Assembly: GCA_036269115.1 (NCBI GenBank)
Contig: DATAST010000262.1
Coordinates: 3,386-67,385, forward strand
Length of the DNA: 64,000 nucleotides
From: Verrucomicrobiia bacterium
GTDB lineage: Bacteria > Verrucomicrobiota > Verrucomicrobiia > Limisphaerales > UBA11358
Direction: 5' to 3'
The notes beneath the pieces are model-generated. The model saw only the letters and a list, made by a program, of their open reading frames with translations. It had not been told where the DNA came from and did no database searches. A program made the translations under genes and the position numbers. Below, one piece after another: positions 47,008-56,210 of this stretch. Within the stretch, counting starts at the first letter, position 1; each line of letters starts with the position of its first letter.

Positions 47008-49878
47008 ATGAAGCGAAAAAAGACAAATAAACCATACTCCGCCGCGAAAAATCCGTTTTCCCGCCGCGATTTCCTGAAACTCGCCGGCGCCGGCGCGGCA
47101 ATGGTCTCTTTGCCGAATCCGGCGTTTGCTGGAATTTTCGGGGAATCCGGACCACATTTTAATTTTAAACAACTCGCGCAAACACACGACCTGCCATCAT
47201 TGCCCCAATGGGGGCCCTATTCGAAGAAATATTTTGGCACTTCTCATATTCCGGACGTGCAACGCGGTCTCGCTTTCGATTTTAGCATTTTCCCTTTGTT
47301 ATCAGACACTTCGGCGAAGAAACAATTGCCTTCGGTGACAGACGATTCAGGCGTTCATCCCTGGGAAGCGGCGCCGAACATGCGTTTTTATTCGATGCGG
47401 TTCGAATCCATTTGGAAGGACCAGTTTTATACTGACGTTTCCTACTCGCAATTGTCTCCCGGCAGCCGGCTCATTCGGCTCGAATGCGTCAATCGAACTG
47501 CCGCGCCGCAGCATATGACGCTAAACTGCCTGTCTCAGCTCGTCTTTCCGCCGTTGCATGAATTGAGTACAGAGCCGATTCGTGTTTGCGATGTGCAATT
47601 GCCGTCGGGCGCGATTTGGGTTCACGCCCTCGATTATGCCGATTTGCGATACGCCATATCGCGTCCGACCGATAACCTGGTTACAGACGGCCAATTTCGT
47701 GGTGAAGAGCGTCGGCACGATTCCGTGGGCGGTTCCGTCGTCGCCCGGGATTTCGGGGCGGATTTCGGCGACACCGTCATCTATCGCCTGAATCTTGAGA
47801 AACCTTTCTCCAATGCCACTCTCGTCTGGCGATACCAAATGGACAAAGGCCAAAGTGTCACGTTTCAACTCACCGGGTCGGCCAGCGGAGAGGTTACGTT
47901 TGGTGGTGGAAAAAGTTTTGCGACCGTGGCCCTCCCATTGGGCAAATTGGAAGACGGAAAGCTCGAACTCCGATTTGCGTCGCGCGGTGGAGCAGCGGCG
48001 GCATTGAACGGGTTCGCGTTGGTTGAGTCCGGGCAAGCCAATGAGATTCGTTTTGTCGAAAAACTATGGCATCCCATCCCAAATATAGAAGCCCTCTCGA
48101 ACGGCCTGATTTTAAAATACGACGATGTCCCAAACGCCTATGGGTTCGCCATCGGTGTTCCGATAGCCGGTCATCGGAATTTGAAATGGTCCGGCCTGGA
48201 TGCCGCGTTTGGCACGGAACCGGGTCCATACACGCAGCCGCGCATCTTTGGCGATGCCCGGCGCAAGCGCGCCGGCGATCCTGATTCCCTTTTCGTTCAC
48301 GCAGCGTCACAACCGCTGACGATACCGCCTGAGGGCACTCAGATCATCTACGGCCTGATTTGCACCGGCAAAGAATCCGAAGTGCGGCGAAGTCTCGCGG
48401 ATTTCGATCCGGGGATATCCGGGAATGAAAAGTCCTATCATTCAGCAAAGCAAAGCGCGTTTAAAGTCAGCACAACGCCCGCTGGCGAAGATTTCAAATT
48501 CGGCCAGCAGCTCCTGGCCACCGTGACCCTGTCGAATTTGGTCTATCCCATGTACGCCCAGCGCAGCTATATCCGGCACTATTCACCGGGGCGCATCTGG
48601 GATTGCCTTTACACCTGGGACTCTGGATTTATCGGACTGGGACTGCTCGAACTCGATTTGCAAAATGCCGTGGAGATTCTCAATGCCTACCTGACGCCTC
48701 CGGGCGCGCAATCGGCGTTTATCCATCACGGCTCGCCAGTGCCCGTGCAAATCTATCTTTTTTGGGAATTGTGGAACCGCACGCAATCGCGCGAGTTGCT
48801 CGCGTATTTTTATCCGCGCCTGCGGCAATACCATGCCTTTCTCGCCGGGCGATTGGGCAGTTCCACGACCCGGCGTCACCGCGACCATCTCATCTGCACG
48901 TGGGACTATTTCTATAATTCCGGCGGCTGGGACGATTACCCGCCGCAAAAATACGTCCACGCTAACAATTTGGAAGCCAGTGCCGCGCCCGTGGTGAACT
49001 CGGCGCACACGATTCGATGCGCCAAACTCCTGCGCGCCGCGGCGGCGGTATTGGGACATACGGAGGATTTTGCTGAGTATGACCAGGACATCGCCGAACT
49101 TTCTGCTTCACTCCAAAAATATTCATGGGACCCATCTTCAGGCTATTTCGGTTATGTGATGCACGACAGCCATGGCGAACCAACAGGCATTTTACGCCAT
49201 GAAAGCGGGGCCAACTTTGACATGGGTCTGGATGGCGCGTATCCGCTGGTGGCGGGCATCTGTTCAGGCGCCCAGGAAGGACAAATCCTTGATCGTTTGT
49301 TTTCGCCTCAACATCTGTGGATGGACATCGGAATTACGACCGTTGACCAATCCGCTCCCTATTTCAGCCCCACTGGTTATTGGAACGGCAGCGTCTGGCT
49401 GGCCCATCAATGGTTTTTCTGGAAAACCATGCTCGACCTCGGGCGCGGCGACCTGGCGGTTCGGATAGCTCGGGCCGGACTGGACGTCTGGAAGAAGGTG
49501 ACCGATTCGACATACGATTGTATGGAGCATTTCCAACCGCGCGAACCATTCGGCGCCGGATGGAGCCAGTTCAGCAGCCTTTCGTCCCCGGCGTTGTCCT
49601 GGTTCGCGGCCCTCTACACACCGGGCCGGTTCACCTGTGGTTTCAATGCCTGGATTGAAAGTTGTGAGTTTAGCCGAGACGATCGCAGGCTCCGGGTCAA
49701 ATTGAAGCCGCTGCACGGCGCCGAGCGGGATTTCAGCGTCCTGGCCTGCATGAATCCCAAGTCCCGTTATCGGGTTTTATGGAATGGCAAACCCGCCGCC
49801 GCCACAACCCCGCATGACGGCCTGTTACAAATCCAACTGCCCGCCGGACCGGGGGAACTCCATGTTATTCCACTTTGA
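47008..49878 (+). CDS. TAT-signal (alpha/alpha)6-barrel glycoside hydrolase (GH63/MGH1-like)
   Basis: It has the twin-arginine motif SRRDFLKLAGAGAA and C-terminal motifs (YTWDSGF, GGWDDYP, YWNGSVW). Confidence 0.6.
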   Translation: MKRKKTNKPYSAAKNPFSRRDFLKLAGAGAAMVSLPNPAFAGIFGESGPHFNFKQLAQTHDLPSLPQWGPYSKKYFGTSHIPDVQRGLAFDFSIFPLLSDTSAKKQLPSVTDDSGVHPWEAAPNMRFYSMRFESIWKDQFYTDVSYSQLSPGSRLIRLECVNRTAAPQHMTLNCLSQLVFPPLHELSTEPIRVCDVQLPSGAIWVHALDYADLRYAISRPTDNLVTDGQFRGEERRHDSVGGSVVARDFGADFGDTVIYRLNLEKPFSNATLVWRYQMDKGQSVTFQLTGSASGEVTFGGGKSFATVALPLGKLEDGKLELRFASRGGAAAALNGFALVESGQANEIRFVEKLWHPIPNIEALSNGLILKYDDVPNAYGFAIGVPIAGHRNLKWSGLDAAFGTEPGPYTQPRIFGDARRKRAGDPDSLFVHAASQPLTIPPEGTQIIYGLICTGKESEVRRSLADFDPGISGNEKSYHSAKQSAFKVSTTPAGEDFKFGQQLLATVTLSNLVYPMYAQRSYIRHYSPGRIWDCLYTWDSGFIGLGLLELDLQNAVEILNAYLTPPGAQSAFIHHGSPVPVQIYLFWELWNRTQSRELLAYFYPRLRQYHAFLAGRLGSSTTRRHRDHLICTWDYFYNSGGWDDYPPQKYVHANNLEASAAPVVNSAHTIRCAKLLRAAAAVLGHTEDFAEYDQDIAELSASLQKYSWDPSSGYFGYVMHDSHGEPTGILRHESGANFDMGLDGAYPLVAGICSGAQEGQILDRLFSPQHLWMDIGITTVDQSAPYFSPTGYWNGSVWLAHQWFFWKTMLDLGRGDLAVRIARAGLDVWKKVTDSTYDCMEHFQPREPFGAGWSQFSSLSSPALSWFAALYTPGRFTCGFNAWIESCEFSRDDRRLRVKLKPLHGAERDFSVLACMNPKSRYRVLWNGKPAAATTPHDGLLQIQLPAGPGELHVIPL

Positions 49879-49918
49879 AAACATTGATCGTTACAGCGTA
49901 AGCCGGTAAGATTCACAA

Positions 49919-50983
49919 ATGACGACTGCGGCGATTAGCAAGGCTCCTTTTGGCACCACCCCCGATGGAAAACAGGTGGATATCTACACGTTACGCAACA
50001 GCAATGGATTGGAAGCCCGCATTATGACCTATGGCGGCATTGTGGTGTCCCTCAAAACCCCCGACAAATCAGGTCGATTTGACGATGTCGTCCTCGGTTA
50101 CGATTCCCTCGACGGATACCTAAAACGCAATCCCTATTTTGGCGCGTTGATTGGCCGCTGCGGCAACCGGATAGCGAAGGGAAAGTTTTCGCTCAATGGA
50201 AACACCTATTTGCTGGCTACCAACCAGGCGTCCAGGAACCATTTGCACGGCGGGATCAAAGGATTTGATAAAGTCGTTTGGACCGCAAAGACATCTGAGA
50301 CATCAAATGGTCCGGCGCTTGAACTTAGCTATTTGAGCAAAGATGGTGAGGAAGGCTATCCCGGAAATTTGTCTGTGACGGCGACTTATACCCTTACCGC
50401 CGACAATGGATTGAAACTCGATTTTACCGCCACTACGGACAAACACACCATTTGCAATCTGACCCATCATTCCTATTTCAATTTCCACGGCGGCGGCGAC
50501 GTTCTGGATTATGTTGTCCAAATCAACGCGGAACAATTCACGGCCGTCAACGCTGATGTAGTTCCCACCGGGGAAGTGCGGTCCGTCAGCGGCACCCCTC
50601 TGGATTTTCGAAAGCCCACGCAAGTCGGTGCGCGCATCAACAACCAGGATGAGCAACTTCAACTGGCCGGCGGCTACGACCATAATTGGGTTTTCAGCAA
50701 GCCGGCGGGCCAGCTAGCCAGCGTCGCGCGCGTAGCGGACAAAGTCAGCGGCCGCTGCATGGAAGTTTTTACCACCCAACCGGGGATGCAATTCTACTCG
50801 GGAAATTTCCTCGACGGCACAATCATCGGCAAAAGCGGCCAAAAATATAATCGGCGATATGCTTTCTGCATGGAACCGCAGCATTTCCCCGACGCCCCCA
50901 ATCATCCCCACTTCCCCTCAATCGAACTACAACCCGGACAGGTGTACAAAAACACCATCATCTACAAATTCTCTACTGAATAG
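49919..50983 (+). CDS. galM: aldose 1-epimerase (mutarotase)
   Basis: It is 354 aa with the motifs GRCGNRIA, NHLHGG, THHSYFN and CMEPQ. Confidence 0.9.
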   Translation: MTTAAISKAPFGTTPDGKQVDIYTLRNSNGLEARIMTYGGIVVSLKTPDKSGRFDDVVLGYDSLDGYLKRNPYFGALIGRCGNRIAKGKFSLNGNTYLLATNQASRNHLHGGIKGFDKVVWTAKTSETSNGPALELSYLSKDGEEGYPGNLSVTATYTLTADNGLKLDFTATTDKHTICNLTHHSYFNFHGGGDVLDYVVQINAEQFTAVNADVVPTGEVRSVSGTPLDFRKPTQVGARINNQDEQLQLAGGYDHNWVFSKPAGQLASVARVADKVSGRCMEVFTTQPGMQFYSGNFLDGTIIGKSGQKYNRRYAFCMEPQHFPDAPNHPHFPSIELQPGQVYKNTIIYKFSTE

Positions 50984-50995
50984 TTCGTCCGCTTC

Positions 50996-51241
50996 GAGCG
51001 TTTTAAAAAATAATGTAGCCATTCGGAGCGAGGATTTTTGGTGTTTTGGCGAGGCTTCAGCGAAGGAGCATGTTTGAAAACCCTGTGACTGCCTGTCCGC
51101 TGTAGCTCCGATGGTTTGAAAATGAGTTTTCACACAATCGCTTCCGAGCGAAGGCGGAAGCTGAAACGACGCCAAAACCCAAAAAGACCGCTTCCCCTTC
51201 TTTTCCCTCCCGAATGGCTACAGTATTTTTTAAACCGCTCT
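50996..51241. mobile_element. MITE-like element, copy B (246 bp; inverted relative to copy A, with a 66-nt internal insertion)
   Basis: It has the same TIRs and core as 30674-30853 in reverse orientation. The extra block lies at about 51098-51163. Confidence 0.7.
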
Positions 51242-51284
51242 AAATGTCCGTTTGTCTTCTCCGCTTGCTCACGCGCGCGGCTCA

Positions 51285-51487
51285 GCCGCTCGTTTCCATG
51301 GAATCTGCGAAATCCCCAATAAAAGCGATGTTTTTGGCTTCGTTTCCTTTTGCATTCCCTATGCCCAAAAAATGTGTAACGCACCTCTTACCGCAGCAGC
51401 GCCACGCCTGTCCGCCGTAGCTGCCGTTGAGCGAAGGCGGAAGGGTTCCATGTTGGGTGTTCGATTGACCGGTGGGGTTGCCACCCA
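51285..51487 (-). repeat. direct repeat, copy 1 (downstream flank of the SMI1 gene)
   Basis: Block 1 (51285-51383) is about 95% identical to 52181-52278. Block 2 (51431-51487) matches 52397-52453. The middle section is variable. Confidence 0.8.
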
Positions 51488-51490
51488 GTT

Positions 51491-52168
51491 CTAATGCTGA
51501 TCATTTGCCTCCCACGGCAATGGGATCCCTTTGCATTCAACAATTTTCGGATCTATCGCGACGACCTTTTCCTTATCAAACGGCCAATAAGACAGTTGTT
51601 TTCGCTGATAAAAGCGTTCGTTTTCCAAGAAGAAAAACAGGAACCTCCAAACTCCCGAAGCAACCACATAAGTCGGAGCATCTTCGGCCTGATCTAAGAA
51701 AAAAACGGGATGCGTACCTGTCGATGGAATTAAAAGTGAGGTCGCAAGGATGAAAACATCCCCGCAGCCATCGTCTGCAATTGGCATCCATCCTTTTTTT
51801 GACCATTCCGGGCGTTCTCTCAAGTACCAATCCATTGAGCAATCATCCTTACTTTTTGAAAATAACGGATAAAAAGTACTCGGACCCAAACTAATTCCGT
51901 TATAGCACTTTAGCAATTCACGGATCTCACAAGGAAGTTTCAATTCGTGGATCCTTTCGAATTTGATGATTTGCTCATCTGTTGCAGGTGCTGCGGCAAC
52001 GCGCTCCCCTTTAAAGTCGGAAAGATTGTTAACTAGTTCAAGAACTTTATCCTCAATAGTAATCATATATCTGTCACCGCTCCGCCACCCATTCCCGTAT
52101 TTATATTCACAAAGTTTTATCTCTTCAATCTGGCGAACAGCGGTGGCCGCAGTAGGCCAATGTCCCAT
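51491..52168 (-). CDS. SMI1/KNR4 (SUKH-1) family protein, immunity-protein-like
   Basis: It has the typical SUKH pattern (IIKFERIHELKLPCEIRELLKCYNG ... IADDGCGDVFIL ... VFFLDQ). The ATG at 52168 is preferred. The track start at 52264 is a TTG inside the repeat. Confidence 0.75.
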   Translation of the reverse strand: MGHWPTAATAVRQIEEIKLCEYKYGNGWRSGDRYMITIEDKVLELVNNLSDFKGERVAAAPATDEQIIKFERIHELKLPCEIRELLKCYNGISLGPSTFYPLFSKSKDDCSMDWYLRERPEWSKKGWMPIADDGCGDVFILATSLLIPSTGTHPVFFLDQAEDAPTYVVASGVWRFLFFFLENERFYQRKQLSYWPFDKEKVVAIDPKIVECKGIPLPWEANDQH

Positions 52169-52180
52169 CCCAGGTGCTGG

Positions 52181-52453
52181 GCCGCTCGTTTCCATGAAAT
52201 CTGCGAAATCTCCAGTAAAAGCGATGTTTTTGGCTTCGTTTCCTTTTGCATTTCCTATGCTCAAAAAATGTGTACGCAGGGAAGGGGGGAATCATTCTCA
52301 TTCTCATCGTCATCGTCATCGTCACTTGGCGCCGTTGGGCTCACTCTCACTCTCGTCGCCCTGTCTCGCCTGCTCACGCTCTCAGTGGAAGCCTCGGCGA
52401 AGGCGGAAGCGTTCGATTTTGGGTGTTCGATTGGCCGGTGGGGTTGCCACCCA
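52181..52453 (-). repeat. direct repeat, copy 2 (upstream flank of the SMI1 gene)
   Basis: See copy 1. The middle section here carries the (TCATCG)n / CTCA-rich filler. Confidence 0.8.
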
Positions 52454-52587
52454 TTTACACCCCCGGAACGCTTAAAACACCAATGACCACAGAGGTTTTC
52501 CGCCAAAAAACTCGCGCCGTTTACTGTTTACTTTCCTATATACAAAAAATGTGTGGTGGCTAGCCCGGCCTCGAACGTTTTGCCGCT

Positions 52588-53712
52588 TTACTTCGACAGG
52601 GCTTCCGACTGCTTCACGAACTCCTCGCCGGTCCACTCGCCGTCGCTCTTGACGACTTTGGCCGCGGCAGCCGCCTTTTGTGCGGATTTGCGTTCATTCT
52701 GCCGCTTCACTAAATCCGCGTGCGTGGTAAAATAATCCAGGCTCTTTCCTTTGAAATCCCCGAGGGTTTCAAATTTGTGTTTATCCATGAATGCCAGCAA
52801 TTGCTCGCACATCGGTTTGATGTGTTCATAGCCAAATTTCATCACGCCGGTGCAAATCTGTACCGTATCGCCGCCCAATAAGATAAATTCCGCCGCGTCA
52901 TTTCCACTCTCGATACCGCCAATGGCTGAAAGCGAGCGCCCGGGAAATTCTTTGCGAATCACCTGAGCCACTTCCATTACCATTCGCAGGGCGATCGGCT
53001 TTACCGCGCGACACGAGTAGCCGCCCGGCGTTGTATAACCTTCCACCGACGGCTCGGGCCGGAGTGTTTCCAGATTCACGCCCATCACGCTCCGAATTGT
53101 GTTGATGGCGCTGATGCCCGTTGCGCCGGCCTTAAGCGCGGCACGGCTGGGGTCTTCGATGTGGGTTACATTCGGCGTCATCTTCGCCCATACAGGTTTC
53201 TTCGCCGCGCTCATCACCCAGCCGACAACCTCCTCGAGAATTTCAGGGTTTTCGCCCATCGCCGCGCCCATCTTGCGCTCAGGCAATCCATGCGGGCAGG
53301 AAAAATTCAGTTCGAATGCGTCCACACCACAAGCCTCGCATCGCTCGACAATCTCGACCCAGGCGTCCTTGCGATATTCCTCCATGATGGAGGCAATCAG
53401 CACGCGGTCGGGGAACATGTCCTTGCACTTCTTGAATTCATCTTCCCATATCTTAAACGGACGATCGCTGATCAACTCGATATTTTCCCATCCAATGATT
53501 TCCTTGCCGTCCGCGGAATGCAATTTGGCATAACGCGGCGTTACATTGATCACCTTCGACGCGTCCAGGCTCACGGTCTTTGCGATTACCGCGCCCCAGC
53601 CTTCGCGAAAGGCCTTGATGATGACGTTCAAATTTGTTCCCGGCGGTCCGGAAGCGATGATAAACGGATTCGGCAATTCCAGGCCGTCCACGGTGGTTTT
53701 TAAAGTCGGCAT
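52588..53712 (-). CDS. dihydropyrimidine/dihydroorotate dehydrogenase-like flavoprotein (PreA-like, without the C-terminal ferredoxin Cys clusters)
   Basis: It has the FMN TIM-barrel motifs (NPFIIASGPP, ELNFSCPHG, GGIESG). The C-terminal 45 aa are Lys/Ala-rich with no Cys. Confidence 0.75.
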   Translation of the reverse strand: MPTLKTTVDGLELPNPFIIASGPPGTNLNVIIKAFREGWGAVIAKTVSLDASKVINVTPRYAKLHSADGKEIIGWENIELISDRPFKIWEDEFKKCKDMFPDRVLIASIMEEYRKDAWVEIVERCEACGVDAFELNFSCPHGLPERKMGAAMGENPEILEEVVGWVMSAAKKPVWAKMTPNVTHIEDPSRAALKAGATGISAINTIRSVMGVNLETLRPEPSVEGYTTPGGYSCRAVKPIALRMVMEVAQVIRKEFPGRSLSAIGGIESGNDAAEFILLGGDTVQICTGVMKFGYEHIKPMCEQLLAFMDKHKFETLGDFKGKSLDYFTTHADLVKRQNERKSAQKAAAAAKVVKSDGEWTGEEFVKQSEALSK

Positions 53713-53844
53713 AACGTTACATCAAATCATTCCCCAACTCCGATTTTATACAAGCTACGCGGCGGGTTGTCACAATAATTTTGCAGAGTGATTATTATTC
53801 TATAATCTTGTCGGGCAGCATTGATGGGATTGTAATTTGAAACT

Positions 53845-55080
53845 ATGGCGCTCAATCCAAAACGTACCATCGCTGAGCTCAAAGAATTGCGGGCCCTTAC
53901 CGCAGACGAAAACGGAGCGCAACGCATTGCGTTCACAAAGACCTGGCTGGCCGCCCGCGAATGGCTCCGCGAAAAACTCAAAGGTCTTCCGCTCGAAATC
54001 CATAATGACGCCGCCGGAAACACATGGTTCACCCTGCCCGGCACTTCTAATAAGTGCCTGCTCATCGGGGGGCACATGGATTCCGTTCCCAATGGCGGCT
54101 GGCTCGACGGTTCCCTGAACGTCCTCGCCGGCCTCGAAATCCTGCGCCGCATCAACGACCAATATAACGGCAAACCTCCTGTGACTGTCCGTCTGGTGGA
54201 TTGGGCCGACGAAGAAGGCGCCAGATTCGGCAAGAGCCTGTTTGGCTCCTCCGCCTGCTCCGGCAACCTGAACCTGGACGAAGCACGAATCTTAAAAGAC
54301 AAAGACGGCGTCCGCCTTCCCGACGCCCTCCGCGATGTAGGCATCGAATTCGAACGCGTCAAAGATAGCGGGATAGAATTGAAGAACGCCGCAGCCTATC
54401 TCGAACTTCACATTGAGCAGGGCCCGGTGCTTTTGGATTTGGATCTGCCATTGGCCGCCGTATTGGGAACATTTGGAGTGGAAAGGCATGCGATTAACTT
54501 TCATGGCCAGGCCGCGCATTCCGGCAGCACACCAATGAACCGCCGCAAAGATGCTTTCCTGGCTGCGGGACGAATGGCGCAGGAAATTTATCGCATTGCG
54601 GGCCGTAGCGGCAACGGCGTTTGCACCATCGGCTCGTGCGTCACCCGGCCGGGCATCGTCACCAGCGTGGTCGAGGACTGTCGCATTACCCTGGACCAAC
54701 GGCATCTCGATCCTGCCGCCCTCGCGATCATGCTCGCCGATGCCCGAGCGGCCGCCGGTCAATTTGCAACCGAAGGGGGCGTCACCGTCTCGTGGGAACG
54801 TCTTTGGCATATCGCACCGCGTCCATTTCATAACGAGCTAATTGCGCTTTGCGAGGAGGCCATCCATGAAACCTGCAGCAAAACTCATCGCATGCCAAGC
54901 GGACCGCTTCACGACGCCGCCGAGGTCGCCGCAGCCGGCGTACCCACGGTAATGATGTTTGTCCAAAGCCTGCACGGCATCAGCCACAATAAAATAGAAG
55001 ATACGAAAGAAGAGCATCTTGAGTTGGCGGTTATTGCGTTTGATAAGTTGGCAGAGAAAACGATGCGGTGGATTAAATAA
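53845..55080 (+). CDS. M20-family amidohydrolase (N-carbamoyl-amino-acid / beta-ureidopropionase / allantoate amidohydrolase type)
   Basis: It is 411 aa with the motifs IGGHMDSVPNGG, WADEEG and HAGSTPM. Confidence 0.78.
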   Translation: MALNPKRTIAELKELRALTADENGAQRIAFTKTWLAAREWLREKLKGLPLEIHNDAAGNTWFTLPGTSNKCLLIGGHMDSVPNGGWLDGSLNVLAGLEILRRINDQYNGKPPVTVRLVDWADEEGARFGKSLFGSSACSGNLNLDEARILKDKDGVRLPDALRDVGIEFERVKDSGIELKNAAAYLELHIEQGPVLLDLDLPLAAVLGTFGVERHAINFHGQAAHSGSTPMNRRKDAFLAAGRMAQEIYRIAGRSGNGVCTIGSCVTRPGIVTSVVEDCRITLDQRHLDPAALAIMLADARAAAGQFATEGGVTVSWERLWHIAPRPFHNELIALCEEAIHETCSKTHRMPSGPLHDAAEVAAAGVPTVMMFVQSLHGISHNKIEDTKEEHLELAVIAFDKLAEKTMRWIK

Positions 55081-55084
55081 AGCA

Positions 55085-55435
55085 CCAACTTTCCAAAGCA
55101 CCAAGCTTCAATATCCAAGCACCAGAGAAAATCCAATCACCAAGCTCCAAGCTCCAGAGAAACAGGGGAAAGCCCCAAACGCCAAACTCCAAGCCCCAGA
55201 GAAACTTCAAGCTTCAAGCTCCAATATTGAGCGTTCGACTTTGAAGGTTCTTCTGAAAAAAGCGCCAAAGGACGATGGATTTTTGTGAATATTCTCCACA
55301 TGTGAAGCGCCGGAAAAATTCCAAATGTCGATGCCAGGACTTGATAGTTGCTGCCTGGAGTTTCTCTGATGCTTGGTGCTTGGAGTTTGGTGCTTTATTG
55401 GATTCTCTGTGCTTGGTGCTTGGGATTTGGAACTT
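55085..55435. repeat. large imperfect inverted repeat built from periodic CCAAGC.CCAGAGAAA units
   Basis: CCAGAGAAA occurs at 55122, 55154 and 55196 on the plus strand. Its complement (T)TTCTCTG occurs at 55360 and 55393. The arms are about 80 nt and the central spacer about 150-190 nt. It lies between convergent genes. Confidence 0.7.
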
Positions 55436-56034
55436 TACCTACGGTATTCCACCAACCACGCCGGCCCCGGTCCATTTCCGCGTACGGACGTGTCTTCCCG
55501 CCGTTGCAGCCTGATGGTTCGCGCCAGGGCGAATTCCATACCAGTCCAAAAATGCATTCTGTCCAAAAACGGATTCAATACGTTGGTCATGGTGCAATAA
55601 TGGCTTTCTTTCGGGTCGGTGTGATGACGCGCGTGGTGTCTGGCTGTTTGCAACAGCCGGATGTCCTGCAAAAATGAAATCAGCCGTCCATTCTCCTTGC
55701 GGGTTCGATGCGCCCATTTGTGAAATTCATTCGCGTTGGCACTCAGAATCGCAAACAGCCACACTTCCCAGGTGAGCAATCCTGCAAACCATGCCGCAAT
55801 GACCATAACCGCCGAGAGTACCGCCAGGTTCCATGATGTCTGCCACCAGCTATGCCGTATCATGTAACGCGGATAATGATGGTGAACGATGTTTGGCCGC
55901 GCGACAAGCCGGCCAATCAATGGCGTGTTCTCGCGCACATACGCGTCCTCAAACCAATGCACGAGCCCGCCGACAAAGTCCGCGGCAAGAACAGTTGCGG
56001 CAAGTTTTAGAAGAACAAGCAGTGCGGTTTTCAT
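55435..56034 (-). CDS. CarF/TMEM189 (Kua-domain) type membrane desaturase-like protein
   Basis: It carries the histidine clusters HWFED, HHHYPRYM, HKWAHR and HHARHH within 4 TM segments. The ATG at 56034 is preferred. Confidence 0.65.
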   Translation of the reverse strand: MKTALLVLLKLAATVLAADFVGGLVHWFEDAYVRENTPLIGRLVARPNIVHHHYPRYMIRHSWWQTSWNLAVLSAVMVIAAWFAGLLTWEVWLFAILSANANEFHKWAHRTRKENGRLISFLQDIRLLQTARHHARHHTDPKESHYCTMTNVLNPFLDRMHFWTGMEFALARTIRLQRREDTSVRGNGPGPAWLVEYRR

Positions 56035-56210
56035 TGGATTCCTTAGGTGTAACGATTGGGGTTGGTTGTACCGGGCGGGACTGGAGGGACAGGTCCAATT
56101 CAGCCTGCACGGTTGATGTTGTTGCAAATTCCGTTTGCATGCTGTCCTTTTAACTCACCTTGCCTTGGAGGCGTTAATTGATAAAACTTTGACCGACATC
56201 GACCGGCTCA

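Noticed and set aside
51296-51379. 28-codon mini-ORF inside the direct repeat as a real leader peptide
   Set aside because: It has a TTG start only and no clear ribosome-binding site. The two copies differ at 5 positions (3 non-synonymous, 2 synonymous), so there is no evidence of purifying selection. It is mentioned under the repeat finding but not annotated.
51452-51488. tRNA-like fragment (GGTGTTCGATTGACCGGTGGGGTTGCCACCC)
   Set aside because: It has no acceptor or anticodon arms and no full cloverleaf. It is part of the direct repeat (second copy at 52418-52453).
55085-55435. CRISPR array?
   Set aside because: The repeats are about 35-42 nt units without unique spacers of regular length. 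They are arranged as two inverted arms, and no cas genes are nearby.
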